Positions 8,032 through 16,274 of a stretch of DNA of 49,003 bases are shown one piece after another. How positions within the stretch are numbered: the first letter of the stretch is position 1; every line of letters starts with the position of its first letter. The position numbers and the translations under genes are program-made. The stretch lies in assembly GCA_030040915.1 (NCBI GenBank), contig JASHSI010000062.1, positions 1 through 49,003 on the forward strand, in the 5' to 3' direction. The notes beneath the pieces are model-generated. The model did not search any database, had not been told where the DNA came from, and saw only the letters and a program-made list of their open reading frames with translations. Source of the DNA: Thermoplasmata archaeon. GTDB lineage: Archaea > Thermoplasmatota > Thermoplasmata > Lutacidiplasmatales > UBA184.

Positions 8032-9942
8032 GTGACGCGCCGCGCCGAACGCTGGGAGGGGCTCGCCATCGGCGGACCGGCCGAGGTCGGCCCGCTCCGA
8101 CTCAACGCCCCGACGCTCTTGGAGAGCCGGTCGGGCCCAGAGGCGGGCGATGGGTCCGATCCGCCCTCCCGTTCCGTTCGCCTAGTGGCCCGCGGTGAGG
8201 CCGCGGCCGGTCGTCGGCGTCTCGCGCTCCTCCAAGGGTCCGAGTCGATCGAGCTCGACATCGCGGTCGACCAGCCCGAGATCGCCCGGGGACTCGGCCG
8301 CCCCCAGGAGGTCGGACCCCGGGTGCAATCGATCCACTGGCCCATCGCGGACGGAGCGTGGGAGGAGCTGAGGAAGGTTTCGACCGACCTCGTCGTCCTC
8401 GCGAACGCGCGGTCGCTGTTCGCCGAGGGGGAACCGTTCGTCCGGGCGGTCCAGGAGCTCCGGGGCCGTCTCGGGGCCTCCCCGCTCCTTTGGGCGCCCC
8501 GGGTGGCCCTCCCCCACCGCTTGGCGATGCTCGTCTATCTCGGCGTGGACGTCGTCGATTCCACGGAGGCGCTCTGGCGCTCGGCGGAGGGGGAGTTCCT
8601 CACGGCGGACCTCGGGGTGGGCCGACCCGAGCCGTCGCGGTCGGAGGGGGCCTGCCCGTGTCCGTCGTGCCAAGGCGGAACCGATGTCGCGGACGGCGGG
8701 CACGCGACCTGGGTGCTACGAGCCGAGTTCCGGCGGGTTCGGGCCGCCCTCGCGGAAGGTCGCCTCCGGGAGCTCGTGGAAGCGCGCCTCGGCTCGGAGC
8801 CGCTCCTCGCCGAGATGCTTCGCTACGCGGACCGGGACCTCGCCGATCTCCTGGAGGCCCGCGCCCCGGTCACGGGCGATGGGGTCCGCGCCTATACGCT
8901 GAGGGAGTCCCTCTCGCGTCCGGAGGCCCGGCGATTCCGGGCGCGCTTTCTCGAGCGATACTCCCCGCCTCCCTCGAAGTCCGTCCTCCTGCTCGTTCCC
9001 TGCTCGCGCACCAAGCCGTACCGGAACTCCCCGTCCCACCGCCGGATCCTCCGCGCGCTCGACGGACTGCCGAACCGGCCTCGGCTCCATGTCGTCTCGG
9101 TGACCTCCCCGTTGGGCCTCGTGCCCCAGGAGCTCGAGGATGTCCCTCCGGCCCGCCACTACGACATCCCGGTGACCGGGCGATGGGACGAGGAGGAGCG
9201 AGGTTTCGTCACCGTGGCCTTGACCCACCTCCTGCGCCACGAGTCGTACTCCTCCCTCCTCGTCCACCTCGACCCCGAGGAATACGGGTTCCTGCGCCCG
9301 GCCGTGGAGGGCCGCGCCGGGCTCACCTGGACCATGACGGGGGACCGTACCACCTCCGCGCCGGCCCTCGATGAACTCCGCCGGGCGGCGGAGATCGCGC
9401 TCGCCCCCCTCCCCGCGGTGGAAGGGGGTCCGCTCTCCGTGGTCCGCGAGGAGCTCCAAGCGATCGCGGCGCTGCAGTTCGGTGAATCGTCCGCCCGGGC
9501 CTTGTTCTCGCCCCCGGTTCGACTTCACGGTCGCCCGTGGTTCCAGCGGGTGGTCGATGGCGCGGGGAAGGACCTCGCGACGTGGCGCGAGGAGCGAGGG
9601 CTGTTCCATCTCACGCTCCCGGGAGGGGAGCGGTTGAACCGCGAAGCGACCCTCGAGGTCGAGATCCGACCAGAGGTCCCCTTGGGCGGGGACGTGTTCG
9701 CTCCAGGGGTCGGGCGGGCGGACCCGCGGATCCGGACGGGGGACGCGGTGCGGGTCGTCCGGGCGGGCGCCCTCGTGGCGGTCGGGGAGGCGGCGCTTCC
9801 CGGGCCCCTCATGACGGGGGTCTCCCACGGTCTCGCCGTTCGGCTCCGGCACCGGGGCGTATCCCGGGCGGGGGCCGCCGCGACCGACACGGCCTTGGAG
9901 TCGGAGGGCGATCCCACCACGGGCCGGTCGTCTAGCGGTTAG
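8032..9942 (+). CDS. arcS: Archaeosine synthase ArcS (TGT-like / DUF5591 / PUA)
   Basis: 636-aa ORF with a TGT-type zinc site CPCPSC, the LLLVPCSRTKPY motif, and a PUA-like C-terminal region. The stop TAG at 9940-9942 lies inside the tRNA-Val gene. Confidence 0.8.
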   Translation: MTRRAERWEGLAIGGPAEVGPLRLNAPTLLESRSGPEAGDGSDPPSRSVRLVARGEAAAGRRRLALLQGSESIELDIAVDQPEIARGLGRPQEVGPRVQSIHWPIADGAWEELRKVSTDLVVLANARSLFAEGEPFVRAVQELRGRLGASPLLWAPRVALPHRLAMLVYLGVDVVDSTEALWRSAEGEFLTADLGVGRPEPSRSEGACPCPSCQGGTDVADGGHATWVLRAEFRRVRAALAEGRLRELVEARLGSEPLLAEMLRYADRDLADLLEARAPVTGDGVRAYTLRESLSRPEARRFRARFLERYSPPPSKSVLLLVPCSRTKPYRNSPSHRRILRALDGLPNRPRLHVVSVTSPLGLVPQELEDVPPARHYDIPVTGRWDEEERGFVTVALTHLLRHESYSSLLVHLDPEEYGFLRPAVEGRAGLTWTMTGDRTTSAPALDELRRAAEIALAPLPAVEGGPLSVVREELQAIAALQFGESSARALFSPPVRLHGRPWFQRVVDGAGKDLATWREERGLFHLTLPGGERLNREATLEVEIRPEVPLGGDVFAPGVGRADPRIRTGDAVRVVRAGALVAVGEAALPGPLMTGVSHGLAVRLRHRGVSRAGAAATDTALESEGDPTTGRSSSG

Positions 9943-9993
9943 GACGCCGCGCTTACAACGCGGAGATCGGCGGTTCGAATCCGCCCCGGCCCA
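9921..9993 (+). tRNA. tRNA-Val (anticodon TAC)
   Basis: 73-nt cloverleaf folded by hand. Acceptor GGGCCGG/CCGGCCC, D stem GTCT/GGAC, anticodon stem CCGCG/CGCGG with loop CTTACAA, T arm GGCGG-TTCGAAT-CCGCC, discriminator A. No encoded CCA. Confidence 0.9.
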
Positions 9994-10361
9994 TCGCCCC
10001 GAGGCGCCATATTACGGAGGCCCGTAAGTAGGTCCACTCCCTCGAAAACACGCCCTCTGACCCCCCGTCCGTCCACCGACCCCCGAGATCGCGCTACCCA
10101 CTCCCGACCCCTCGGGCGGGCCCCCTCCGCGCTCAGCCCGACCCAATCAGCGCCCGCCTCAGCCTTCGAAGCGCATCCCCACGGAGCGTCTCTGTCCTGC
10201 GAACGGTCCGCTTCCAGCCTCCGACCCGATTCCACGGTAGCCCGAGCCGACGGGCTTCGGCGCGAAGAGCATCGGGACGGTTAGGCGCAAGCTATCGATG
10301 GCGACGGGATAGTAACAATTACGCCGAGTCACAAACCTGAACGGCTACCGTACGGACGCAA

Positions 10362-10916
10362 CTACGTCTTCGTGGACCTCTTTCGACTCGGTGGGGAGCG
10401 CGACTTCACCGGTTCGAGATAGGCCTTCAATGGATCCCAGTAGCTTTCCTTCCAGCCCTGCGAGAGATGTCCCGCATGCTGGGCTGGCACTTCGGTGTGA
10501 GTGAACTGGATTCGGGTCCCTCCCCGGGATGGGCTTAGGAGGAAGGAGACCTTCGAGTAGTAGTCCTCGGGCCAATCCTCGTGCGTAGCGCGCCAGCTCT
10601 GGACGATCTTTCGGCCAGCGACGAGCTCGAGGTTCTTCCCGTGGATGTAGCCGTCCCAGGCCTCGAACTGGCCCCCGACGCGCGGGCTGATCTTGGCTTC
10701 CGCTCCGCTGAAGCCTATGTGCCCCTCGGTCGTCATGAGCGCCCGGTAGACCTCCTCCGGAGGAGCCCGTATCCATACCGTCTGCCGGATGGTCCGAGTC
10801 TTCGCCGCCACAGTCCGCCTATAGAGGGCATGACCTTCCAGCGTTAAAGGAAACCGGCGGAGGGAGCCTTCCCGCCACGTTCCCGTAGCACCCCGGATGT
10901 CGCCTCGTTCAGCCAC
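10362..10916 (-). CDS. SRPBCC-superfamily protein (AHSA1/Aha1-like domain)
   Basis: 184-aa ORF. The segment TIRQTVWIRAPPEEVYRALMTTEG...GKNLELVAGRKIVQSWR...TRIQFTHTEVP follows the AHSA1/SRPBCC pattern. GC is lower than the surroundings. Confidence 0.7.
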   Translation of the reverse strand: MAERGDIRGATGTWREGSLRRFPLTLEGHALYRRTVAAKTRTIRQTVWIRAPPEEVYRALMTTEGHIGFSGAEAKISPRVGGQFEAWDGYIHGKNLELVAGRKIVQSWRATHEDWPEDYYSKVSFLLSPSRGGTRIQFTHTEVPAQHAGHLSQGWKESYWDPLKAYLEPVKSRSPPSRKRSTKT

Positions 10917-11083
10917 GGGTTCCCGGGGGACTGGACCACGGGCTCGGTAACCCTACTGAAGTACCATTGAGACTTGGGCTTTCGAGATGCCGAAGAAGCA
11001 GGTCAAGGCGAAGAAGAAGAGGTAAGCGGCCGCGACCATCGTTGGTCGGTGACCAGCAGGGATCGCATGCGCGCACCTCTCAT

Positions 11084-11101
11084 CTAGCCCAAGAGGGCTA
11101 G
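11084..11101. repeat. Perfect hairpin/palindrome CTAGCCC-AAGA-GGGCTAG
   Basis: Read directly: a 7-bp stem with a 4-nt loop, in the non-coding stretch between the SRPBCC gene and the vapC remnant. Confidence 0.5.
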
Positions 11102-11293
11102 GGACGTCGACGGATCCCTGTTCCCCACTATCGACCCGATTCCCTTGGATCTCAATTTTCGGCGAAGGTCTCTAGCTCCGACGCCCGCCGGTCCGCCTCG
11201 TGCCACGAAAGCGGCTCATGAGCGAGAGCAAGTAGCGAAGGGAGCTTGACCGTGGCCGAGGGAAACATATCCGGGGAGCCTAGAGGGCCGCCG

Positions 11294-11677
11294 ATGTTCT
11301 TCGCAGACTCCCGCTTCATCATCGACGTCCTGGAAGGGGAGCCGGGCGCTCTTCGGCAAGCTGAGCAGCTCCGATGGGCCGGGACACCCGACTTGTTGCC
11401 GGCCCCCGTTGCCCCGGAGGTCTTGATAGGGGGAAGCACGAGGGGGAGGTATCTCGTCAAGGCCGAGGAGCTAATCGATGGACTCGAGACGGTCTCCGTC
11501 GATCGCGAATCCGCTAGGGAGGCGGCCCTGATCGGCTTCCAGACGCGCTGAGCGGGATGATCGGTCGGGTCGACCGACCTCCTCATCGCCGGCGCCGCAC
11601 GGCGCCATCGGGCGACCGTTATTACACCTGACTCGGCTCTTGGAGCGGCAGCGGGATTGACGATGCTCCGATATTGA
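11294..11677 (+). pseudogene. vapC: PIN-domain (VapC-type) toxin gene interrupted by two in-frame TGA codons
   Basis: MFFADSRFIIDVLEGEP... is a typical PIN N-terminus. The frame hits TGA at 11549-11551 and again at 11558-11560. It then continues in the same frame as SVGSTDLLIAGAARRHRATVITPD...LRY*, a typical PIN C-terminal half, to the stop at 11675-11677. Confidence 0.6.
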
Positions 11678-11889
11678 ATGGGCGGCTATGGTCCTGGCGT
11701 CCTCTCCCCGCGACCCATATCCCTAGGAGCGCTGTAAGCTCCACAATTCGACGGTGTGGGGGATTGAGCGGGATACCGACACACCCTGGGGCTCCACTTC
11801 TTGTCCAGGTTCTTGCGACCACGGACCGGCTCGCTCCCCAGGTGCCGAGACGTCGCGGCCGGTCCTCGGCGGGACCTCCCGGAGCGGGC

Positions 11890-12387
11890 CTATCCGCGGG
11901 CCGGGAGCCCACGCCGATACCGCTCCTCTAGGGCGGCCACGAGGCGGTCCCAGAAGAGGTTCGTGCCGTGAACCCAGTCGGCCTTGGGAGGAAAGTCCGG
12001 GACCATCCAGCGCTCGACGAGGGCCAGGGTGAGGCGGGTCTTCTTCGGACCCAAGTGAGTGAGCTTGTAATCGACGGAGTTTAGGTCGCGTTCGTCGATC
12101 TGGTCGAGGTGCCACGCATCGGGTGGGTGGAGCCGGACCAATTCCACCGCGATCTTCAGCGGCTTGCCCTTCGGAGGGAAGGTGCGCACCCGAACCACCC
12201 GGTCCTCCGAGAGGTGGATCACTCGGTATCGCGGCCGGGAGCGGGAGAACTTGCCATCGTCGGTCCGATAGTCGGTGCACCAATCGTAGGCGTACCGTAG
12301 GGGGACGGCGATAACCTTGGAAATTCGGACGGCATGCGTCGCGTACACCCGCCGACCGGTTTCGGGCACGGGAGCCGCCAGTTCCAC
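11890..12387 (-). CDS. Hypothetical protein, probable SRPBCC/polyketide-cyclase-like fold
   Basis: 165-aa ORF with protein-like composition (HAVRISKVIAVPLRYAYDWCTDYRTDDGKF...). The fold assignment is only from the general pattern. Confidence 0.5.
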   Translation of the reverse strand: MELAAPVPETGRRVYATHAVRISKVIAVPLRYAYDWCTDYRTDDGKFSRSRPRYRVIHLSEDRVVRVRTFPPKGKPLKIAVELVRLHPPDAWHLDQIDERDLNSVDYKLTHLGPKKTRLTLALVERWMVPDFPPKADWVHGTNLFWDRLVAALEERYRRGLPARG

Positions 12388-12903
12388 CCCGTCGATAAGA
12401 CTTGACGGTGGGAGACCGAAGCGCCCTCTCCCTCCCCGCGCGCAAGCGGGGTGGTCGAACTCGCCTGGTGGGCGGACCGACCGCTACCTGGCGACCCTTC
12501 GCGCTCGGGCCGCCTTCTTCTCCGAGGCGAGTACGCGTCGGAGGCCGCGGACGTTCCTACGCAAGTAGACCAAATCGGGCGCAGGTGGGCCAGGCTCCCC
12601 CGGCTCCGAGACGAGTCCCAAATCCGAACGGCTGCCCGGAGCCGCTCTATGTGAGCGAGGAGGGGGTTGATCGTGAGCCGCACCCATTCGGTTCGGGGAT
12701 CAACCTTGCCGAACTCCTTCCGCATGCTGAGCAGCACCTTCCGGAGGCGGGGCAGGTCCGCGCGGTAGACCCGATCGACCTAGTCTCCTCCGAGCACGGC
12801 CAGTTCACGGGCGGTAGGAGAGGGTGGCCTGCCCGGGTTGTCCGTCCCAGGTCGCGATGGGTAGTGCAATCTCGATTGAATGGGTTCTACCTATGGAGCG
12901 AAG

Positions 12904-12976
12904 TGGGCGCGGCCAGATTCGAACTGGCGACCTTCACCGTGTCAGGGTGACGTCATAACCACTAGACTACGCGCCC
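12904..12976 (-). tRNA. tRNA-Val (anticodon GAC)
   Basis: 73-nt cloverleaf on the minus strand. Acceptor GGGCGCG/CGCGCCC, anticodon stem TCACC/GGTGA with loop CTGACAC, T arm GCCAG-TTCGAAT-CTGGC, discriminator A. Confidence 0.9.
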
Positions 12977-13010
12977 GCTCGGCGGGGGACCAGCGGGTCC
13001 CTCATAGCCC

Positions 13011-13020
13011 TTGTTATTTT
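13011..13020 (-). promoter_or_regulatory. TATA-like AT-rich box (AAAATAACAA on minus strand) 35-44 nt upstream of tRNA-Val(GAC)
   Basis: This is the only AT-rich decamer between the tRNA 5' end (12976) and the end of the Lon-like gene (13043). Confidence 0.3.
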
Positions 13021-13042
13021 CCGCGCCTTCCGACGCGCTCGT

Positions 13043-14602
13043 TCACCCGTACCCGCCCGGGAAGCTTCCCGGGTCGGGGTGCTCGTTCCACTGGTAGTAG
13101 CCCATCGACTGGCGCTGGGACTCGCTGACGTCCCGCCGGAGTCCCCCCTGGAGCGAGCCGTATGCGGCCGTGATCTGCTCCTCGATCGAGCGGGCGCGGG
13201 CGAGCGCCTCGCGGAAGTGCGAGGCCTCGAGATGCTCGCTGCCCGAGATCGCAGCGAGGTCCCCGGCGGTCCGGATCAGGCCCCCGAGCTCGCGGAGGCG
13301 TAGGGTCAGCGCGTTCTTCCGGCCATCGGTCGCCTCGGCCCTCCGACGGGCCTCCTTGATGAGCTCCTGGATCGCCTCCCCGGTCGCGGGCCGGATCCGG
13401 CCGTCGGTGGCGATCTCCTGGGCGCAGAACTGCGCGAGGTGCATCCGGTTCGCCTCGGTATCGGGCATCGTGGTGTCGAGCAGGATCTCGTAGCCACCGC
13501 CCGCGATGCGGGAGCGCAACGGCGAGAGGATCTGGTGGAGGTCCTGGATGTTCGAGGCGGCTACGAGGATGAAGTCGCACGGGACGCTGTCGACCCGGAC
13601 CGAGGCCCCGCCGGATTGGGGATTGCGCCCGCTGATCGGGAAGCGCTTCTCCTGCATCGCGGTCAGGATGTGCCGCTGGAGGTGCCCGAGGTGGGGGAGC
13701 TCGTCGATGAATAGCACCCCCTCGTGGGCCTCGTGGACCGCCCCGGGGATCGTCCGCTCGTACGGCGCGGTGCCAAGCTGCGGGTGACCCCCGTACGGGT
13801 CGTGCCGCACGTCACCTAGAAGCTCGGTCTCGCTCGCGCCGGTGGCCATCACGAACGGGTTCCGGTCGAGCTTCACGAGGACCTTGCGCGGGCTCTCTTT
13901 CTGCATCGAGCGCCTTCGCTCGAGCGCGCGCTGGTCGAGGACCTTGATCTGGTCCCCGGCCCGCTCGTAGGCGACGACCTCCTCGACGCCGTTCTTCAGG
14001 CGGGTCGTCCGGACCGACTCCATCGGGTTGCCGCCCGGGCTCACCGTGAGCTCGAGGATCCCGCCCACTAGGTCCCGGAACGGGTTGCCGCTCCCCGCCA
14101 CCCCGGGGACGACCTGCTTCAGGTTGCCGCAGCTCGGGCAGTAGCGCTCCTGCGGGTGGGAGTAGAAGCTGCACCTCGGGCACCGGTAACCCAGGCGCTC
14201 CGCGACCGAAGCCGGCGCCTCCTTCGGGTCGATGAGCTCTCCTTCGGTCCCGCGGACCACCTCGCGCTCCCGCATCACCTCGTCCCGGCCTACTACCTCG
14301 ACCGAGGGCCGTTCGGGGTTCTCCGGGTTGTGGACGATCCGAATCTCGGTGCGCGGCCGGTCGAGGTGGAGGGCGAGCGCCTGGGCGATCATCGACTTGC
14401 CGATCCCCGGCGGGCCGACGAGGAGCAGGTGGCGGTGCTGGTAGGCCGCCACCCGGGCGATCTCGACCGCCTTCTCCTGGCCGATCACGCGGGCGAGGGG
14501 GTCCGAGGGGATCGGGATGTCGTCGGAGGTACGGATCTCCTCGAGCGACATCGGCGTCGACCGGGGCTTCTCGGCCGCGCCGGCGGAGCCCTGGGATGCC
14601 AT
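13043..14602 (-). CDS. LonB-like AAA+ ATPase with inserted zinc ribbon, no protease domain
   Basis: 519-aa ORF with Walker A LLLVGPPGIGKS. The Walker B and sensor block is GVLFIDELPHLGHLQRHILTAMQEKRFPISG...FILVAASN and SPLRSRIAGGGYEILL (LonB-like). CPRCSFYSHPQERYCPSCG is inserted between them. I saw no TM insertion and no Ser-Lys protease domain. Confidence 0.75.
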   Translation of the reverse strand: MASQGSAGAAEKPRSTPMSLEEIRTSDDIPIPSDPLARVIGQEKAVEIARVAAYQHRHLLLVGPPGIGKSMIAQALALHLDRPRTEIRIVHNPENPERPSVEVVGRDEVMREREVVRGTEGELIDPKEAPASVAERLGYRCPRCSFYSHPQERYCPSCGNLKQVVPGVAGSGNPFRDLVGGILELTVSPGGNPMESVRTTRLKNGVEEVVAYERAGDQIKVLDQRALERRRSMQKESPRKVLVKLDRNPFVMATGASETELLGDVRHDPYGGHPQLGTAPYERTIPGAVHEAHEGVLFIDELPHLGHLQRHILTAMQEKRFPISGRNPQSGGASVRVDSVPCDFILVAASNIQDLHQILSPLRSRIAGGGYEILLDTTMPDTEANRMHLAQFCAQEIATDGRIRPATGEAIQELIKEARRRAEATDGRKNALTLRLRELGGLIRTAGDLAAISGSEHLEASHFREALARARSIEEQITAAYGSLQGGLRRDVSESQRQSMGYYQWNEHPDPGSFPGGYG

Positions 14603-14693
14603 CGTCCCCCGCGAACCCGTCCTGCCGCTTAACGGGTCGGTTACCCTCGGGGAGGTCCGGGCGACCGACCCCGACCCGGTGGGCTCGCGCCCC

Positions 14694-16058
14694 TCACGCC
14701 GGCCGGGCCCCGGGGATGGGGGCCCCGAGGTCCTGACGAGTGAAGATCTTGAGCCCGTCCGGGACCTTGCCGATCGCCCCGATGCGGTTCGCCACGACGG
14801 TGTCGATCCCCTTCTCGTGCGCGACGTCGATCAGGCGCTGGCTCACGACGCCGTCGAAGACGACGGCCTTTGCGGGTCCGCCGAACGAGGCGAGCGACTC
14901 GATCATGTCCTTCACCGGGGTCTCGAGGGCGACGGAGCCGTCCTCGACGACGAACACCGACTTCGAGCTGTTCTCGAGCTGTCCCAGGAGCTCGAAGTAG
15001 CGCTGGAGCTCCGGGGGGAGCGGGGCCGCCGGGGGTGGCGGAGGGGGCGGCATCGGGCGTCCCATGGGATCCCGCGGGGGCGGCATCGGGCCCCGGTCGG
15101 GCCGCTCGTCGCGCCGGGGGGGCCGGTCGTCCCGGCCGCCGGGGGGTCCGCCGCGGTTCATGTTGCCGCCGCCACCGCCTCCCTCGGGCCGCTCGTCCAT
15201 CGGGGCCCGGGAGGCGCCGGTCGACTCGAACCCGGTCATCTCCAGGTACTGGTTGATCGGGATCTTGTTCCTCAGGCACTTGACGAGCTGCTTCTGGGTG
15301 AGCTCCTCGACCTCGCTCCCGCGCGGGGCGCGGGCGACGAAGTCGACGTCCATCGTCTGGAGCATCTCCCGAAGGATGAGCTCCCCGGCCCGGTCCCCGT
15401 CCGTGAAGGCAGTGACGGTCTTGCCCCGGGAGAGGTCCTTCACCGTCTGGGGGACGCTCGTCCCCTCGACCGCGATGCAGTTCTTGATGCCGCAGCGCAG
15501 GAGGTTGAGTACGTCGGAACGCCCCTCGACGACGATCAGCGCCTCCGCCTGGTCGATGTTCGGGCCGGCGGGAAGGTGCTCCGGCCCGTAGGAGGTGATC
15601 TCCTCGACCTGGACGGCCTTCCGGACCGACTCGGTGAGGTCGATCCCGACCCCCTTCGAGCTCTCCTGGATCTTGCTGAGGATCTCCTTCGCGCGCTCGA
15701 CGACCTTCTGGCGCTTCGAGATGCGGATGTCCTCGACGCTGATCACCTCGATCTTGGCCCGGCAGGGGCCGATGCGGTCGACGGTCTCGAGGCCGGAGGC
15801 GAGGATCGCGGTCTCGACCTGGTCGAGGGAGGAGGGGATGATGATCTCCCCTTCGCTCTTCCCCTTGCGGCTGTCGATGTCGACCTCGATCCGGCCGATC
15901 CGACCGGATTTCTGAAGGTCCCTGAGGTCGAGCTCGTCGCCGAGGAGCCCTTCGGTCTGGCCGAAGACGGCCCCCACGACGTCGGGCTTCTCGATGACCC
16001 CGTCGGCGGCGATGCGGGCGCGGATCTGGTACTTGGCGGCGTTCGGGTCGTTGCTCAT
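14694..16058 (-). CDS. dnaG: Archaeal DnaG (TOPRIM primase-like, exosome-associated)
   Basis: 454-aa ORF. The N-terminus KYQIRARIAADGVIEKPDVVGAVFGQTEGLLG is typical of archaeal DnaG, and the TOPRIM block is LIVVEGRSDV...FTDGDRAGE. A Gly/Pro/Arg-rich insert is present before the C-terminal domain. Confidence 0.9.
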   Translation of the reverse strand: MSNDPNAAKYQIRARIAADGVIEKPDVVGAVFGQTEGLLGDELDLRDLQKSGRIGRIEVDIDSRKGKSEGEIIIPSSLDQVETAILASGLETVDRIGPCRAKIEVISVEDIRISKRQKVVERAKEILSKIQESSKGVGIDLTESVRKAVQVEEITSYGPEHLPAGPNIDQAEALIVVEGRSDVLNLLRCGIKNCIAVEGTSVPQTVKDLSRGKTVTAFTDGDRAGELILREMLQTMDVDFVARAPRGSEVEELTQKQLVKCLRNKIPINQYLEMTGFESTGASRAPMDERPEGGGGGGNMNRGGPPGGRDDRPPRRDERPDRGPMPPPRDPMGRPMPPPPPPPAAPLPPELQRYFELLGQLENSSKSVFVVEDGSVALETPVKDMIESLASFGGPAKAVVFDGVVSQRLIDVAHEKGIDTVVANRIGAIGKVPDGLKIFTRQDLGAPIPGARPA

Positions 16059-16274
16059 GCTCTTTCTTGCTCCTTGGTTGGTGCGTTGGGGAACGTGGCC
16101 CCGATCACGAGGCCCGGTTTCCCCGCGGGCGGAGCTAAGGCGACCGGTCGCCGTCGACCACTAGGCCCGGAAAACTACTACGGGAGGAGGGCGAAACCGT
16201 AAGTCGCATATCCGTGAGCGTGGACGACGGGAGGGGTCTTCCTCCTTCCGCCATCGGGGGCTGTTCCGAACGAA

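Noticed and set aside
9939-10235. 98-aa minus-strand ORF downstream of tRNA-Val
   Set aside because: It starts antisense to the tRNA gene, has low-complexity Arg/Gly-rich sequence, and has no plausible promoter.
10987-11025. 12-codon Lys-rich micro-ORF MPKKQVKAKKKR*
   Set aside because: It is too short to support. It may be a relic of a decayed gene in the islet, and I have no conservation evidence.
11549-11560. Possibility that the two TGA codons in vapC are recoded (Sec, Trp or Gly) rather than nonsense
   Set aside because: TGA clearly terminates several well-defined genes in this window (ubiD, DP1, XPD, gmhA, the cupredoxin at 37073-37075). I noticed no SECIS-like context.
9994-12903. 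Intact integrative element (integrase, att repeats) between the two tRNA-Val genes
   Set aside because: I found no tyrosine or serine recombinase-like frame and no duplicate of either tRNA 3' end. Only a remnant interpretation is retained.
16059-16274. 216-nt spacer upstream of dnaG as a possible ncRNA (SRP, RNase P, riboswitch) or C/D-box sRNA
   Set aside because: It contains local hairpins, a GCGACCGGTCGC palindrome and an oligo-T (minus strand) that probably terminates the upstream gene. I could not recognise conserved ncRNA motifs or C/D boxes.
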